A stretch of DNA of 64,000 nt from Candidatus Peribacteria bacterium. Its GTDB lineage: Bacteria > Patescibacteriota > Gracilibacteria > Peribacterales > Peribacteraceae. The notes beneath the pieces were generated by a model that did no database searches, was not told the DNA's origin, and saw only the letters and a program-made list of their open reading frames with translations. The DNA is taken from positions 30,504-94,503 of the forward strand of contig DMXL01000007.1 in assembly GCA_003483925.1 (NCBI GenBank), read 5' to 3'. Position numbers and translations under genes: made by a program. The stretch's first letter is position 1. Every line of letters starts with the position of its first letter. Of the stretch, positions 33,771-42,615 are shown in pieces.

Positions 33771-35453
33771 TCAGTATACTTCTTTCAGATAACACGATTC
33801 GCAGTAGACAATTTCCGGCCGATCCGGGGCATAGGTTGTCTCCATCTCCTTGCCGCACTTCGCGCACGCGCGCTTCCAGAGCTTGCGGGGATTCCTTTGA
33901 GCCATCAGCCTGCGATGGCGTTCGTCGGGGTGGAAATGGGAAACGGGAAGCCGCATCTTCCGGTAGAAATCCAGCTCCTGCTTGATGACCCTGAAGGGAC
34001 GCCCCGTGGCTTCGCACTTGATCACCCAGTTCAAGATGTCATCGGGGACATCGTCGATGGAGTCCGGCAGCTTCCGGGCGGGAATCACTTTGTCCGCCTT
34101 CGGCATATCGTCGCGCTCCTCCTTCCATCTCCATCCCCTCTTCTCCGCGTCTTGCTTCGTGAGAGGGAAGAAATCAGAGGCAACGGAGTCGTTGTAGGCG
34201 TAGAGGCTCCTCTCGACGGGAAAGAACTCACCATACTCCTGGGTTTTACGCATATGTTCAATGATCTTCGGTACGAGCGTCTCGTACTCCTCCTTGGAAT
34301 ATTGCTTGTTCAAGATGCAATGTTTTCCTCGCGCATGCAGCCCGTCGCATCCGAAGCAGTCGGATTGGTAGAAGCAGGAGCTTAAGTAGAGGGAGCGCGG
34401 GGAGGCGATGGTGCAATAGCTGAAGCGCGTGAGGTAGTTCTTCTCTCCGCCGGAGGACATCTCGTAACAGAGCTCGATATCCTTGTCGTGTGAGGCCAAG
34501 TCCATGGAATCTTTGACTCCTTCGCACTCGAAGATGTACGAGGAATCCTCGACATTGAAGCAGTCGGAGCAATTCATGGCGTTGCGACAGTTGGAGAGGT
34601 ACGTTCCCGTGGACCCCTCGCAATTGAGCTGGATCTGCGCCCGCTTGGGGACGGTCACGTCGAAGGCGGCGAATTCCGCCTGAAGATCTTCCGGAGAAGT
34701 TTGCCGGTACTGCCGGAGGATGTCCGCATAGGCTTCTTCCGTGAGCTGCTCATTTTTGAAGCAGTACTGCTTGTTACGGATCCCACTGCACATGAAACAG
34801 TCTTTGGCGTTGGTACAATCTCGTAAGTAGTTTGAGAACGAGCATTGACGACAGTTCACGAGGTGATGCGCAGAATTGCAGCCGTCGCAGTTGGTGCTCT
34901 CCGCAACAAGCTCGCATCGGTTGAGCACATTGGAGTTGGCGCAGTCGCGACAGTACTGACTCTTGCGCAGGTAATAGCAATCTTCCACGAAATAACTCCC
35001 CGGACAGAGGTACGCGTTCTTGCTGAAGGCGAGGAGGAGATTATATTCGCAGTTCTCGTTATTCAGCTGGAGAGCGGCCGCCTGCGGCACCGTGTGCTGG
35101 AGCTCCTCGAATTGCTGGAAGAATGGCTTGGAGAAATCGAAATCTCTGCCGTAGTCCATCGGGTCCCAACGATCCGACCACCAGCAATCCGTGCAGTACA
35201 CCGTGTACGGGCTCTCGGGAGCGAAGGAGGAAATGGTCGTTTTCTTGCAGAGACCGCAGGTATGCCTGTAAATGCTATGTTCATTGCGAAACGCGTGCCT
35301 CCGTTGCAGCCGGCAATCGGGACAGAGGGTAGGAGGCGGAATAAGGAATTTCTTCCTGCCGAAGGCCGGTGAAATTTTCTCGTAAAACTTCAAGTCATCA
35401 TCGGTGACCTTGAAGGGGGCACGACACCAAGAGTTCAAGCAAATCTTCTGCAT
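33771..35453 (-). CDS. Cys-rich array paralogue G3
   Basis: 560 aa. It starts MQKICLNSWCRAPFKV, contains CFGCDGLHARGKHCILNKQYSKEEYE, and ends ..HFHPDERHRR..CAKCGKEMETTYAPDRPEIVYCESCYLKEVY*. Confidence 0.85.
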   Translation of the reverse strand: MQKICLNSWCRAPFKVTDDDLKFYEKISPAFGRKKFLIPPPTLCPDCRLQRRHAFRNEHSIYRHTCGLCKKTTISSFAPESPYTVYCTDCWWSDRWDPMDYGRDFDFSKPFFQQFEELQHTVPQAAALQLNNENCEYNLLLAFSKNAYLCPGSYFVEDCYYLRKSQYCRDCANSNVLNRCELVAESTNCDGCNSAHHLVNCRQCSFSNYLRDCTNAKDCFMCSGIRNKQYCFKNEQLTEEAYADILRQYRQTSPEDLQAEFAAFDVTVPKRAQIQLNCEGSTGTYLSNCRNAMNCSDCFNVEDSSYIFECEGVKDSMDLASHDKDIELCYEMSSGGEKNYLTRFSYCTIASPRSLYLSSCFYQSDCFGCDGLHARGKHCILNKQYSKEEYETLVPKIIEHMRKTQEYGEFFPVERSLYAYNDSVASDFFPLTKQDAEKRGWRWKEERDDMPKADKVIPARKLPDSIDDVPDDILNWVIKCEATGRPFRVIKQELDFYRKMRLPVSHFHPDERHRRLMAQRNPRKLWKRACAKCGKEMETTYAPDRPEIVYCESCYLKEVY

Positions 35454-35551
35454 ACGCTGATTCTAGCAAGGAATGAGGGGCATGTAGTACGTATTATGTA
35501 TTATGGGATATGGGATTGGTTCTCCTGCCCATACCCCTTACTACATACCCC
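35454..35551 (-). promoter_or_regulatory. Array junction cassette: structured spacer plus extended -10 (TGCTAGAAT) for G3
   Basis: The -10 is the reverse complement of 35460-35468, 6 nt from the ATG. A 14-bp inverted repeat pairs aggggcatgtagta (35476-35489) with tactacatacccct (35539-35552). It encloses an inner gggatatggg/cccatacccc hairpin. Confidence 0.55.
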
Positions 35552-37231
35552 TTAATACACCTCTTTGAGGTAGCACTCTTCACAGAAAACTATTTCAGGG
35601 CGTTCTGGCGAGTATGTCGTCTCGATCCCCTTCCCGCACTTGGCACATGTCCGGCTCCAGAGGTGGCGAGGATTGCGCAGCTGCATGCGACGACGATGCC
35701 GGCAATCGTGACAGGATGAAGGAATCGGCAAGAGCATCTCCCGATAGAAGCGAAGTTCCTGAGGGATGATCTTGAAATTTCTCCCGCACGTTGCGCAGGC
35801 GAGGGTCTCCTGCAAGATGTCATCCTTGACCGTGCGGATGTCTGGGGGAACCGCGTGTTTGTTGGAAGAGAACCCCCTCTCCTCCATTTCCTTCCATCGC
35901 CATTTTCGCTTGAGGATTTCACCTTTGGTGAGGGGGAAATACTCCTGCGCGACAGACTCGTTGTAGGCGAATGGAGAGCGAGCGGCAGGGAGAAACTCCC
36001 CCCACGTACCGTCCTTGACCATCTGCTCAATGATTTTCTGAGCCAGCTTCTCATACTCTTCTTTCGTGTATTGCTTGTTGAGGATGCAGTAACGCTTGTG
36101 CTTGAGACTGATGCAGCCGAAGAGATCCGCGGAATTATTGTGGCAGCAGTCGCTGTAGAGAAGATCTCTCCCCTCCGCGCAGATGTGGCAGAAGAGGAGG
36201 TGGTATCCCGCCATTCCCGCGTGCAGCTCGTAATTGAGCTGGCTCTGCACCAGCCAGCCGTGCTCGTAGGTGTCCATGGAGTCTTTGTTCTTCCCTGAAT
36301 CGTAAATGTACGCGCTGTCTTCCACGTCACGGCAGTTGAAGCAGTGCTTCACGTTCTTGCAGTTGTAGAGATCGTCTCCGGACACAGAAGTGCAGTTGAT
36401 CTGCAACGCGAAACGGTGCGGGAATGTCAGCTTGAACGCACGCCACTTCTCTGCGAAGGCGGCGAATGCTTCGGGGGAAGTGAGGAGCTCTTCCTTCACG
36501 CGCGCATACTCCTGCGCGGACACAGGTTGATTGAAGATGTGGAGTTCCTTCTGCCGTAGCCCTACGCAGCCGATGCACCGCTCGCACCCCTTGCACTCGT
36601 AGCAGAAGAGACTGTCACGACAATTCTGGCAGGATTGAGAAAAGGCTGTCCCGTAACAGTGCAAGCAGTACGAACAGTCGTAGCATCGCTCGCAATATTC
36701 GCAGTACATCGAGTCCACCACGTTCTTGCTCTCCAGCACCCAGTGACCGTAGTAGCAGTCCTCGCACTTGCCGAGCGCCACGCCCATGTAGCAGTTCTTA
36801 TTGTTCGCGGAATGGCTCGTGTAGATGCAGTTCTCGCTGTGCAGGTTGAAGAGGTAGAGGCGGGGAACACGCATTCGTAGCTCGGCAACCTGTTCGAGAA
36901 ATGGCCGCGTGAAATCGACGTCCGTCCCGTACTCCAGCGCATCCCATTGATCCCCCCACCAGCATTCGTAGCAATAGACGGCGTACGGGGAATCCGGCGC
37001 GTACATGGACACGATAGATTTCCCGCACCGATCACAGGTATCCCGGTACAGATTACGCTCATTGCGCCATGCAAGCCGGCGGCGCTGCCTGCAATCGGGG
37101 CAGAGTGTCGGAGGAGGAATCTCGTACTTCTTGCCGCCAACGCTGGGAGAGAGCTCGTCCAAGAGCGCAAGATCACTCTGTGTGACCTCGAAGGGGGCAC
37201 GGCACCAAGAGTTCAAGCAAATCTTCTGCAT
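35552..37231 (-). CDS. Cys-rich array paralogue G4
   Basis: 559 aa with 43 Cys by my count. It starts MQKICLNSWCRAPFEV. The C-terminal module keeps its Cys (CATCGRNFKI..SCHDCRH..CAKCGK..FCEECYLKEVY*). Confidence 0.85.
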   Translation of the reverse strand: MQKICLNSWCRAPFEVTQSDLALLDELSPSVGGKKYEIPPPTLCPDCRQRRRLAWRNERNLYRDTCDRCGKSIVSMYAPDSPYAVYCYECWWGDQWDALEYGTDVDFTRPFLEQVAELRMRVPRLYLFNLHSENCIYTSHSANNKNCYMGVALGKCEDCYYGHWVLESKNVVDSMYCEYCERCYDCSYCLHCYGTAFSQSCQNCRDSLFCYECKGCERCIGCVGLRQKELHIFNQPVSAQEYARVKEELLTSPEAFAAFAEKWRAFKLTFPHRFALQINCTSVSGDDLYNCKNVKHCFNCRDVEDSAYIYDSGKNKDSMDTYEHGWLVQSQLNYELHAGMAGYHLLFCHICAEGRDLLYSDCCHNNSADLFGCISLKHKRYCILNKQYTKEEYEKLAQKIIEQMVKDGTWGEFLPAARSPFAYNESVAQEYFPLTKGEILKRKWRWKEMEERGFSSNKHAVPPDIRTVKDDILQETLACATCGRNFKIIPQELRFYREMLLPIPSSCHDCRHRRRMQLRNPRHLWSRTCAKCGKGIETTYSPERPEIVFCEECYLKEVY

Positions 37232-37329
37232 ACGCTGATTCTAGCAAGGGACGAGGGGCATGTAGTACGTATTATGTATTATGGGATATGGGATTGGTTC
37301 TCCTGCCCATACCCCTTACTACATACCCC
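37232..37329 (-). promoter_or_regulatory. Array junction cassette plus extended -10 (TGCTAGAAT) for G4
   Basis: Nearly identical to 35454..35551. The -10 is the reverse complement of 37238-37246. Confidence 0.55.
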
Positions 37330-38979
37330 TTAATACACCTCTTTGAGGTAGCACTCTTCACACAGGATTCTGCCGTCATACTCCGTCGGCCAGCTTGTCT
37401 GAGTCCCCTTCCGACACTTCCCGCACGCCACTTCTCGCAAGGTCCCGTCGAAGGGGATCAGGCGGAAATTCTCCTGCAGCCGGCGCATGTAGTACGTAGA
37501 GGGAAGCGGCGAGCCGAGATCTTTTGCGAACGCGATGTCCGCCTCGGCGATCTGGAACGGGCGCCGGGCCACGGAGTCCCAAAAGACTTTCTTCGAAAGA
37601 TCATCGGTGGATGCGTCGCTGCGGTCCGGCACGAGGGAAGCTTCGAGAGTGTCCACCGTTCGTTCCTCTCTCTCCTCTCGCATCCGGAAGCCCTTCCCTC
37701 TCCCCTGTTCCTTCGAGAGAGGCCAGTGAAAGCCCGCTAAGCTCTCCTCGTACGGATTCGCGGCGAAGTGCGCGGGGAAGAATTTTCCGTACTCACCACT
37801 ATACTTCATCATCGCAATGATTGCTGCTTTCTTCTTCTCGTACTCCTCCGGCTCATGGGGCGTATTGAAGATGTGATACTTCTTTTTGACGAGCCCGCAA
37901 CAGCCGAAACAATGCTGGCACTGGAAGCAGTGGGCGCAGTACTCCAGGAACTTGCACTGAATGAGGCCGTAACCGAAGCGGACAGAGTAACATTTATCGA
38001 GAGCGGAGGAGCTCATGTACACCAGCTCGTCCTCGTAGAAGTTCACGCAATCCAAACAGTCTTTGGAGTGCACACCTCCGCGAATGCAGTGAATGCAATC
38101 CTCGACATCCTGCGTCGCAAAAAAGCAATTGATACTCCGCCTGCATCCGTCGAGGTAATTCCCCGTTGCGTCCTCCGAAAGGTCGATCAGGAGCGCGCGA
38201 TGCCAGGCACGGGTCCGGAGCATGTCCAGAAATTCTCTACGCGCTTTTTCATACGTGTTCCGCGAGCGAAAATCGAACTCTCTTGCCCTCCGCAGGTATT
38301 CTTCCTCCGTGTACTGCTGATTACGAATACAGTACTGCTTGTTCCGAAGGTTACTGCAGAGAATGCAGCGGTTGCAGTTGCGGCAATCATAGAGAAAAGC
38401 GCTGTCACTGCACTGTCTGCAATGTAACGTGAAGAGCGCCCGGAAGCAGAAAAAGGAGAATATACAATCGAGGGTGCGCTGCGAATCGCACGAGAAGACG
38501 CTGAATTGGGAATCCTTGACCCTCAACATGCGGAAGCAGTAGCGAAGATTCTCGTCCTTGACGCCGGAGTGGCTGAGATAGCAGTTCCGGGAGTACCACC
38601 AGTCATCCGTGTACTCGCAATTCTCGTTCCCCGCTCCCAGATTGTGCGGGATGGGACAGCGACGGAAGAGTTCCCACATCTGAGGGAAGAGCGGCTTGCG
38701 AAGATCGATCTCGGCCGAAGGCGGATCCGCGTGCTTGATCCACTCGTCCTTGTGCCACACGGGATAAGGACAATCCTGAGAGAAGACGGAGATGATCTGC
38801 TTGCCCGTCTTATCGCATGTGCGCTTGTGGAGCGCCCAGTGTTGCCAGAAGGCGCCGAGGATCTGCCAGCGTGCGATGGGACTTACGTCCGGCTCGCCTT
38901 CGACCCCCAATTTCTTGCGCAGTGCCATCTCGGCGGACGAAACTTCGAAGGTACGACCGGTGACGGGGCAGGTGGGCAT
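37330..38979 (-). CDS. Cys-rich array paralogue G5 (CPVTGRTF subfamily)
   Basis: 549 aa. It starts MPTCPVTGRTFEVSSAEMALRKKLG, so the first N-terminal ribbon is replaced. It ends ..CGKCRKGTQTSWPTEYDGRILCEECYLKEVY*. It begins 7 nt after the G6 stop. Confidence 0.85.
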   Translation of the reverse strand: MPTCPVTGRTFEVSSAEMALRKKLGVEGEPDVSPIARWQILGAFWQHWALHKRTCDKTGKQIISVFSQDCPYPVWHKDEWIKHADPPSAEIDLRKPLFPQMWELFRRCPIPHNLGAGNENCEYTDDWWYSRNCYLSHSGVKDENLRYCFRMLRVKDSQFSVFSCDSQRTLDCIFSFFCFRALFTLHCRQCSDSAFLYDCRNCNRCILCSNLRNKQYCIRNQQYTEEEYLRRAREFDFRSRNTYEKARREFLDMLRTRAWHRALLIDLSEDATGNYLDGCRRSINCFFATQDVEDCIHCIRGGVHSKDCLDCVNFYEDELVYMSSSALDKCYSVRFGYGLIQCKFLEYCAHCFQCQHCFGCCGLVKKKYHIFNTPHEPEEYEKKKAAIIAMMKYSGEYGKFFPAHFAANPYEESLAGFHWPLSKEQGRGKGFRMREEREERTVDTLEASLVPDRSDASTDDLSKKVFWDSVARRPFQIAEADIAFAKDLGSPLPSTYYMRRLQENFRLIPFDGTLREVACGKCRKGTQTSWPTEYDGRILCEECYLKEVY

Positions 38980-38986
38980 GGGAGGT

Positions 38987-40693
38987 TCAGTATACCTCCT
39001 TCAGATAGCATTCCTCGCACAGAATCCTCCCGTCATACTCCGTCGGCCAGCTTGTCTGAGTCCTCTTCCGACACTTCCCGCACGCCACTTCTCGCAAGAT
39101 CCCGTCGAAGGGGATCAGGCGGAAATTCTCCTGCAGCCGACGCATGTAGTACGTAGAGGGAAGTGGAACCTTCAGATCCTGTGCGAAAGCGACGTCCTCC
39201 TTGAGAATCTGAAAGGGGCGAGAAGCGGCTGCATCCCAGTACGGCGTCTTCGTCACCCCTCGACTCGTCCCGCCTCCGCGGGACTCGCTCAGGGTCTGCG
39301 CAAATTGCTCGGCGGCTTCGTCCGCCTGATCGCTTCGATCAGGAACCTCGGAAGAATCCCGCGTATCGGCCTCTCGCTTTTCGTCCCCTTCATGCATCCG
39401 AAATCCCCTCTTCCCCCCTTCCTCCGTCGTCAACGGCCAGTAGAAGCCAGCCAGACTCTCCTCGTACGGATTCGCGGCGAAGTGCGCGGGAAAGAATGTT
39501 CCATACTCGCGACTGCTCTTCATGGCCGCGATGATTTCCCCTTTCTTCTTCTCATACTCCTCCGGCTCATAGGGCTTGTTGAAGATGTAATAGTTCTTCC
39601 CCACTAAGCCGCAGCACCCGAAACAGTGCTGGCATTGGAAACAGTGGGCGCAGTACTCCATGAACTTGCACTGAATCAGGTTGTATCCAAACTTCACGTC
39701 GTAGGAATTATCCTGCACAATCGAGGAGCAATACTGGAGTTCCGACTTGTACGGGCTTATGCAATCCAGTGCATCACGCGTGATGTGGGTGCGAAGAATA
39801 TTCACGCAATCCTCACTTCCTCCCGACATGAAATGACAATTCTCACAATCTTTACATTCATCCAGGTAATTCCCAGACGAGTTTTGTGAACGATCAATGA
39901 AGAGAGCGCGATGCCAGGCGCTCTTTCGAAGCATCTTGAAAAACTCTGTCTTCGCCTGCTCGTAGACAGAACGTGAATGAAAATCCCAGGCTGCAACACG
40001 CTTCTCATACTCCTCTTTGGTAATCTGTTGATTGGCGAAACAATACGATTTATTGCGAAGATTTGTGCAGAACATGCAATGTTGGCAATTACGACAGTCA
40101 TAGAGAAATGCGCTGTCACTGCATTGCCAGCAGTTGAAGGAGAAAAGGACCTGAAAACATTCATGGGAATTGATGAGGTCCACACATCGCTCACTCTTAA
40201 AAGAATACGTGCAGTACTGTGCCGTACGTATCGTATCGATGCGATAGCAGTAGCGAAGGTCTTCGGACAGAACTCCGGAATGGCAGAGATGGCAGTTCTT
40301 GCTGTACCACCAGTCATCGGTGTACTCGCAATTCTCGTTCCCCGCACCCACGTTGTGTGCGATGGGACAGCGACGGAAGAGCTCCCACATCTGAGGAAAG
40401 AGCGGCTTGCGAAGATCGATCTCGGCCGAAGGCGGATCGGCGTGCTTGATCCACTCGTCCTTGTGCCACACGGGATAGGGGCAATCCTGAGAAAAGACGG
40501 AGATGATCTGCTTGCCCGTCTTATCGCATGTGCGCTTGTGGAGCGCCCAGTGCTGCCAGAAGGCGCCGAGGATCTGCCAGCGTACGATGGGACTTACGTC
40601 CGGCTCGCCTTCGATACCCAGTTTCTTGCGCAGTGCCATCTCGGCGGACGAAACTTCGAAGGTACGACCGGTGACGGGGCAAGTCTTCTGCAT
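38987..40693 (-). CDS. Cys-rich array paralogue G6 (CPVTGRTF subfamily)
   Basis: 568 aa. It starts MQKTCPVTGRTFEVSS. Its first ~130 aa and last ~50 aa are nearly identical to G5, while the middle is diverged. Confidence 0.85.
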   Translation of the reverse strand: MQKTCPVTGRTFEVSSAEMALRKKLGIEGEPDVSPIVRWQILGAFWQHWALHKRTCDKTGKQIISVFSQDCPYPVWHKDEWIKHADPPSAEIDLRKPLFPQMWELFRRCPIAHNVGAGNENCEYTDDWWYSKNCHLCHSGVLSEDLRYCYRIDTIRTAQYCTYSFKSERCVDLINSHECFQVLFSFNCWQCSDSAFLYDCRNCQHCMFCTNLRNKSYCFANQQITKEEYEKRVAAWDFHSRSVYEQAKTEFFKMLRKSAWHRALFIDRSQNSSGNYLDECKDCENCHFMSGGSEDCVNILRTHITRDALDCISPYKSELQYCSSIVQDNSYDVKFGYNLIQCKFMEYCAHCFQCQHCFGCCGLVGKNYYIFNKPYEPEEYEKKKGEIIAAMKSSREYGTFFPAHFAANPYEESLAGFYWPLTTEEGGKRGFRMHEGDEKREADTRDSSEVPDRSDQADEAAEQFAQTLSESRGGGTSRGVTKTPYWDAAASRPFQILKEDVAFAQDLKVPLPSTYYMRRLQENFRLIPFDGILREVACGKCRKRTQTSWPTEYDGRILCEECYLKEVY

Positions 40694-40775
40694 ACTCTGA
40701 TCCTAGCAAGGAATGAGGGGCATGTAGTACGTATTATGTATTGGAATATGGGATTGGTTCTCCTGCCCATACCCC
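40694..40775 (-). promoter_or_regulatory. Array junction cassette (short variant) plus extended -10 (TGCTAGGAT) for G6
   Basis: Reverse complement of 40700-40708 is TGCTAGGAT, 6 nt from the ATG. The shared gaggggcatgtagtacgtattatg string is present. Confidence 0.5.
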
Positions 40776-42485
40776 TTAATACACCTCTTTCAGGTAGCAC
40801 TCCTCGCAATACACGATTTCCGCCCTTTCTGGAGCATAAGTTGTTTCAATCGGTTTCGCGCATTTCATACACTTCCGGCTCCAGAGCTTGCGTGGGTTAC
40901 GCAGCATCATGCGGCGGCGGTGACGCTCGTCGGGGTGGAAGTGCGGAACGGGAAGGCGGTGAAAGCGATAGAACTCGAGTTCCTTCTTCACGATCCTGAA
41001 GGGGCGTCCGGCTTGCCCTGAGCCTGTCGAAGGGTCGCCCCCTTCCGACAAAACCGCCCACTGGAGGACGTCATCGGGCACCGCGTCGATGCCGGCGGGC
41101 AAACTCTGCGCCGGAATGACCCTGGAAACTTGCGCGGCATCATCCGTCTCCTCGCGCCAGCCAAACCCCCGTGCCTGAGCCTCCTCACGCGTGAGCGGGA
41201 AATACACCTGCGCCGTCGTCTCGTTGTACGCAAACGGGGAGATCCCCGCCGGGAAAAATTCCCCCCACTCCCTCGTCTGCCGCATGTGCTCGATGATCTT
41301 CGATGCGAGCTTCTCGTACTCTTCTTTCGCGTACTGCTTGTTCAGGATGCAGTACTTCCCGGGCTTCATGCACACACACCCGCACATGTCCGATCCCGTC
41401 TGGACGATGTCGCAGTAGAGGAGGTTTCGAGAGCTCCAGGATCCGTGCGTGAAGATCGTATTGTAGGAGCCGTAGCCGAGGCTCAAGGACTCATACCCGA
41501 GTTGCGCATCCGTCGTGTGGCAGACGTCCAAGAGATCCTTGATCTGAAATCCCGTGAAGATGTAGGCACAATCCTCGCCGTACGAAACATCGAAACAGTG
41601 GCGAAGATTGCGCGAATCCTTGAGGTAATCCCCCGTCACGTTCTCGCAGCTCACCACCTCGCGCGCGCGGTGGATGCTCCGTTCCTTGAGACGGGAAAAT
41701 TCCTGCAACACGTCCTCAAGCTGCCCCTGCGCGACACGATCCATGATCTCCTTCTTGAGGCGTCGATACTCCTCCTGCGGATACTCCTTGTTGCGGATGT
41801 AGTTGCGCTTGTTTCGCAGATTCATGGAGAGCAGGCACTCGGTGCAGCCCTTGCAGTCGAAGAGGAAAGCGCTCGATGAGCAATTGGTGCAGTTCTGGCA
41901 GAAGAACGCCGTGTGGCACTTGTCGACGTCGACGGCTTCGTAGCAGTAGTGCGATTCGGTACAGTCGGACGTATCGGTACAGCCCGTGGACTTGATGACC
42001 TGATAGCCATAGAGACAATCCTCGTTGAACTCGGCGGCGAAGATGAGGTAGCAGTTCTTGTTCGACCCGGAGAGATTGATAAACTCGGAATTCTCGTTGT
42101 TGATCACGTTGAGCGCCAATCTCGGCACCGTGTTCTGCAGTTCTTTCACCTGATCAAAAAACGGACGGCTGAAATCCACTTCCCGCCCGTGGCTCAATGG
42201 ATCGTTGCGATCGGACCACCAGCACTCGGTGCAGTAGACGGGGAACGGACTGCCCGCCGGATACATGGAAATGATGGACTTCTTGCACGCATCACACGCG
42301 CGCCGGTAGAGGCTGCGCTCATTGCGCCAGAAAAGTCTGCGTTGCTGACGGCAGTCGTGACAGAGCGTCGGGGGCGGAATCGCATACTTCTTCCCGCCGA
42401 ATACCGGAAAAAGCTTATCGAGGAGGGCGAGGTCGTCTGAGGTGACCTCGAAACCCGACCGACACTGAGCACAGATCTTCTGCAT
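40776..42485 (-). CDS. Cys-rich array paralogue G7
   Basis: 569 aa. It starts MQKICAQCRSGFEVTSDDL..PPPTLCHDCRQQRR and ends ..HFHPDERHRRR..CMKCAKPIETTYAPERAEIVYCEECYLKEVY*. Confidence 0.85.
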   Translation of the reverse strand: MQKICAQCRSGFEVTSDDLALLDKLFPVFGGKKYAIPPPTLCHDCRQQRRLFWRNERSLYRRACDACKKSIISMYPAGSPFPVYCTECWWSDRNDPLSHGREVDFSRPFFDQVKELQNTVPRLALNVINNENSEFINLSGSNKNCYLIFAAEFNEDCLYGYQVIKSTGCTDTSDCTESHYCYEAVDVDKCHTAFFCQNCTNCSSSAFLFDCKGCTECLLSMNLRNKRNYIRNKEYPQEEYRRLKKEIMDRVAQGQLEDVLQEFSRLKERSIHRAREVVSCENVTGDYLKDSRNLRHCFDVSYGEDCAYIFTGFQIKDLLDVCHTTDAQLGYESLSLGYGSYNTIFTHGSWSSRNLLYCDIVQTGSDMCGCVCMKPGKYCILNKQYAKEEYEKLASKIIEHMRQTREWGEFFPAGISPFAYNETTAQVYFPLTREEAQARGFGWREETDDAAQVSRVIPAQSLPAGIDAVPDDVLQWAVLSEGGDPSTGSGQAGRPFRIVKKELEFYRFHRLPVPHFHPDERHRRRMMLRNPRKLWSRKCMKCAKPIETTYAPERAEIVYCEECYLKEVY

Positions 42486-42493
42486 ACGCAGCT

Positions 42494-42522
42494 ACTGTAC
42501 GCACATCTTTTGACTGTGCAAC
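42494..42522 (-). promoter_or_regulatory. Candidate promoter of G7 (TTGCAC-N17-TACAGT)
   Basis: Reverse complement of 42517-42522 is TTGCAC and of 42494-42499 is TACAGT. The ATG follows 8 nt later. Confidence 0.4.
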
Positions 42523-42615
42523 GAATGCATCACCCGATGCGTATGAATGGTGAATCGTGGCTTCCTGCAGCCATCCACGCTGTGAAAATAGTTGCACCGT
42601 CCTGCAAAGATCCCC

